Notes under the pieces: model-generated
The model's input: only the letters and a program-made list of their open reading frames with translations
What the model was told of the DNA's origin: nothing
Databases searched by the model: none
Shown here: piece after piece, positions 61,126 through 64,000 of the stretch
Layout of the letters: every line of letters begins with the position of its first letter
Position numbering within the stretch: the stretch's first letter is position 1
NCBI GenBank assembly: GCA_964465125.1
Contig: CAYXIO010000010.1
Location: 9,244 to 73,243, forward strand
Reading direction: 5' to 3'
Length of the DNA: 64,000 nucleotides
Source: an uncultured Planctomycetales bacterium
GTDB taxonomy: Bacteria; Planctomycetota; Phycisphaerae; UBA1845; Fen-1342
Made by a program: the position numbers and the translations under genes

Positions 61126-62265
61126 ATGCAGAACCCCGTCGCGGAATCGATCGAACCGCTGCTGCACAAAATGGCCGACCTCGGGGCCAGCGACCTGCAC
61201 CTCAAGACCGGCGTCCCGCCCATGTACCGCATCGGCGGCGAACTGCGGCGCACGAATCTGCCCGTCATCGAGGTCAACTCGCGCCAGATCGAGCGGCTGA
61301 TGGACCCGCTGATCCCGCCGACGCGCCGCCATATCTGGGAGGAAAAAGGCGGCCTCGATTTCGCACACAACCTGCCCAGCGGCGACCGCTTTCGCATCAA
61401 CATCTACCGCGCGTGCGACCAGATGCACGCCGCCATTCGCCGCGTGAAAGGCCAAATCCCCAACTTCGAAGAGCTGCACATGCCGCCGATCTACAAGAAA
61501 CTGGCGGAGCAGTCGATCGAGGGGATCGTCATCGTCTGCGGCGTGACGGGGTGCGGCAAGAGCACGACGCAGGCTGCCATGATCGACCACATCAACGCGA
61601 CCCAGGCGGTCAACATCATCAGCATCGAGGATCCGATCGAGTATTCGTTTGCGCCGAAGAAGGCGATCGTCAGCCAGCGCGAGCTGGGGCTGGACGTGCA
61701 GTCGTTTTCCGACGCCCTGCGCGGGGCCGTTCGCCAGGACCCGGACGTGATCTTCATCGGCGAGATGCGCGACCGCGAGACGCTGCTGGCCGCGCTCCAG
61801 GCCGCCGAGACGGGGCACCTGGTGTTCTGCACGTTGCACACGGCGGACACGATGCAGTCGCTCGGCCGCATCCTGGAGTTTTTCCCGCCGGACCAGCACG
61901 CGTTCATCCGCAGCTCGCTGGCGAACTGTTTGCGGGCGATCTGTGCCCAGCGACTGATCCCCGCGATCGACCCGCAGATCTCGCGCGTGCCAGCGTGCGA
62001 AGTGCTCCTGGGCGAGGGGATCGTCAAGGAGAAGATTCGCGAGGGGTCCGACACGGACCTGCCCGAGATCATCGCCGGGGCGAAGGAGCAGGGCATGCGC
62101 AGCTTCCTCCAGTCGCTGGCGGAGCTGATTGACCAGGGCTTGATCTACACCGACGTGGCGATGGAGAACGCCCCGAACCGCGAAGCGCTGAAGAGCCTGA
62201 TCCAGGGTATCAAGACCTCCGCCCAAACGCTCGTCCACCGCGTGAAGCGCGCGGGGGGCACGTAG
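61126..62265 (+). CDS. pilT: Type IV pilus retraction ATPase (PilT/PilU family)
   Basis: DLHLKTGVPPMYRIGGEL, Walker A GVTGCGKSTT, ISIEDPIEY, RQDPDVIFIGEMRD, TGHLVFCTLHT. Confidence 0.9.
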   Translation: MQNPVAESIEPLLHKMADLGASDLHLKTGVPPMYRIGGELRRTNLPVIEVNSRQIERLMDPLIPPTRRHIWEEKGGLDFAHNLPSGDRFRINIYRACDQMHAAIRRVKGQIPNFEELHMPPIYKKLAEQSIEGIVIVCGVTGCGKSTTQAAMIDHINATQAVNIISIEDPIEYSFAPKKAIVSQRELGLDVQSFSDALRGAVRQDPDVIFIGEMRDRETLLAALQAAETGHLVFCTLHTADTMQSLGRILEFFPPDQHAFIRSSLANCLRAICAQRLIPAIDPQISRVPACEVLLGEGIVKEKIREGSDTDLPEIIAGAKEQGMRSFLQSLAELIDQGLIYTDVAMENAPNREALKSLIQGIKTSAQTLVHRVKRAGGT

Positions 62266-62333
62266 CCGCGCTGGCTGCGCAGGCGCGCCGCCCTGCGAGC
62301 AGCGCGCGCGAATCGGTGGCTATTCCTCCTGGG

Positions 62334-62427
62334 CAGTCCGTTGAAAAAGGGGACTGGCTCCGCGGCAAACCGCTTTCGCGGCAGCGCCAGTGGGGCTTTC
62401 AGCGGGGCCCGTGCCCTTTTTCAACGG
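62334..62427 (-). repeat. MITE-like palindromic element, family D, copy 2 (inverted relative to copy 1)
   Basis: cagtccgttgaaaaaggggactggctccgcgg...gtgccctttttcaacgg. It is the reverse complement of 11154-11247 with few differences. Confidence 0.85.
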
Positions 62428-63058
62428 ACGCTTGTGCCTTCGCCAGCAGGCGCATGGCGAATCGCGCGACGGGGGTCCGCGGGTTGGTCTGTTGCCGGCG
62501 CACAAATGCCAACACCTTGCGCCGGCGACAGACGCTCGGCCCCAGCTTCTCGAGCGCGGCGAGCGTCTGTCCGATGGCCACGTTGCGGCACTCGGGCGTT
62601 TCGTAGGTGGCGCTTTCGACAGCCAGCAACACCGGCAGGATGCGGCGGAGGAGGTCGGGCCGACTGTACGCGATGCAGCCGGCGCCCTGAATCGCGTTCG
62701 CGGCGCTGATCAGATTGCCGCCGCGGATGAAAGCCAGATACGTGTCCAGCAGCGCGTCGATCTTGCGCTGACTGTCCGCCGACGCGAGCGCTGCGATGAT
62801 CCGAAGCGCGTTCCAGCGGACGATCTGGCTATCACTCGCCAGCCCGGCCGCGATGGCGTCGAAGTGCGGGTACACCCGACCGGGGTTCTTGGCGGCGGTC
62901 ACGGACAGGGCTTTGCCGGCCGCAAAACGGGCCGACCCCGACGGTGCCGCCAGCTCCTGCACCGCCGCGGGCACCCGCGCCGGCGCAAGCACCCGCGGCG
63001 CGGGGGGTCGCGGGCGCTTTTGCGGTGACATCTTGCGACGTGAAACCGACCGGACCAT
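62399..63058 (-). CDS. Hypothetical helical-repeat (HEAT/ARM-like) protein
   Basis: Repeated amphipathic helices (IVRWNALRIIAALAS, LLRRILPVLLAVES, AIGQTLAALEKLG). The last ~9 codons lie in family D copy 2. An alternative start is 63031. Confidence 0.4.
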   Translation of the reverse strand: MVRSVSRRKMSPQKRPRPPAPRVLAPARVPAAVQELAAPSGSARFAAGKALSVTAAKNPGRVYPHFDAIAAGLASDSQIVRWNALRIIAALASADSQRKIDALLDTYLAFIRGGNLISAANAIQGAGCIAYSRPDLLRRILPVLLAVESATYETPECRNVAIGQTLAALEKLGPSVCRRRKVLAFVRRQQTNPRTPVARFAMRLLAKAQASVEKGHGPR

Positions 63059-63149
63059 CGCACGCCCCTTCTGGCAGAGGTCTCGTGAATCAACCTACAT
63101 GGTCGCAAACCGGCGTTGCCGCGTCAACCGCGAAGAAAGGGGGCAGTCG

Positions 63150-63283
63150 AAAAAAGGAAAAAAAGGGGACACTACTAATTCCCGCCGGAAAAAAAGGGGG
63201 GGAAAAAAAGGGGACACTACTAATTCCCGCCGGCTTGCTGAGCACGAAACAAGTTGCGAAGAATCAGTAGTGTCCCCTTTTTG
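63150..63283. repeat. A-rich repeat cluster (family E): two direct 31-nt copies plus one inverted partial copy
   Basis: aaaaaaaggggacactactaattcccgccgg at 63158-63188 and 63203-63233. Inverted agtagtgtccccttttt at 63266-63282. It shares the aaaaaggggac end motif with family D. Confidence 0.85.
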
Positions 63284-63822
63284 CGCGCCACGCGGGTCAG
63301 GTCGTGGATGCGCCAGGACGAGACCAGCACGTCCAGCAGGTGCCCGCTGCCGCCGTCGAACAGGGCCAGCAAGTGCGCGACGGGAAAGCCGCAGCCGCGC
63401 TTCTGGCCGGTGGGCTGGCCGAAGTGTTTCCGCAACGCCGGCGTGTCCGGCATCGAGCAGGACGAGCCGTCCACCAGCCAGGTGCGGTGGCCGTGCCAGC
63501 GGGAATCGCAGCGCGCGGCGGTCCGCAGGGCGACGCCGGTCTCGTGCAACAGGCGGCGCAGGGCGGCCAGCGGCAAGCGCTGGCGGGCTTGGCAGTAAGC
63601 CGCCGGCGTGAAACGTTTGCCGCTCAGGCGTGGCAAGTTGGTCATGGCGGTGTTGCCGTGCAGGATTTGGAGGAGGAAAACGTAGATGGTCATCACCGGG
63701 TTGAGGGTGCGGTCGCGCCAGGTGGCGCCGCTCTCGCGGCAGATGCGGGTCAGGTGCTCTTCGGAGAGAAAGGTGGTCCAATCGTCCTTGATCTGCGCCA
63801 GTACGCGGCGGATACTGACCAT
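63220..63822 (-). pseudogene. IS4-type DDE transposase, N-terminal fragment truncated by the family E repeat
   Basis: AGGAGG precedes ATG 63822. TWRDRTLNPVMTIYVFLLQILHGNTAMTNL and HRTWLVDGSSCSMPDTP (first catalytic Asp region) are IS4-like. The reading frame then runs into repeat-derived KKGTLLI and stops. No second or third DDE residues are present. Confidence 0.65.
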
Positions 63823-63955
63823 CCCTGGCCTCCTGTGCGGGTAGTGTTGTTGACACCACCATCTTCACGGGAGGCCGCCTGTTGCGCCAGCGCCGTAAGT
63901 GCTTGCATATCAAGCACTTATAGACTATCTAAATGCCATTCGTGACTGCCCCTGG
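63823..63955 (-). mobile_element. Probable 5' terminal region of the IS remnant
   Basis: The GC drop and the sequence cagtcacgaatggcatttagatagtctataagtgcttgatatgcaagcac (minus strand) upstream of the transposase ATG are typical of an IS end. The other end is not present in the window. Confidence 0.4.
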
Positions 63956-64000
63956 TTTGCCCCGGCTATCCGCTCCTGACCCGGCCCCGCGCCGTCCTAC

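Overview
Very GC-rich bacterial chromosomal window (composition judged by eye, not computed). It most resembles a Planctomycetota, Phycisphaerae-like genome. This is inferred from Cys-flanked dockerin-like C-termini, a PEP-CTERM protein, TAT-exported Gfo/Idh/MocA and DUF362 proteins, an oversized UvrA and many long antisense shadow ORFs. No similarity search was possible.

Gene content is mostly housekeeping mixed with envelope and secretion functions:
- Secretion and pili: a 5'-truncated secretin, pilB/gspE-type and pilT ATPases (dispersed, not in one operon).
- Housekeeping: rpsA, tRNA-Leu(GAG), tRNA-Arg(ACG), birA, xylB-like kinase, tsaD, asd, uvrB, a 1664-aa three-ABC-module uvrA, and a GGDD-type phosphofructokinase.
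- Other: hsp20, three tandem small PilZ-like genes, a LolD/FtsX-type ABC pair, a vapBC pair, a second PIN gene, a Uma2 nuclease, a B12-type radical SAM protein, a membrane-embedded spermidine-synthase-like protein, and a membrane-protein / TAT-DUF362 / polyferredoxin operon.
- Three secreted proteins share a C-terminal dockerin-like module.

No CRISPR array, rRNA, prophage or recognisable defence island was seen.

The most unusual signal is a set of at least six short palindromic (MITE/REP-like) repeat families:
- They are scattered through intergenic DNA.
- Several copies sit inside intact reading frames: four sites in uvrA, one in the FtsX-type permease, and a 3 x 36-bp array in the speE-like gene.
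- Other copies supply the C-terminal codons of two genes.
- This resembles what is established for Rickettsia palindromic elements.

A lower-GC, ORF-poor stretch ending in a perfect tRNA-like T-arm/acceptor (60295-60640, minus strand) is an unresolved ncRNA candidate.

Start codons are best guesses from SD-like motifs and N-terminal sequence features.
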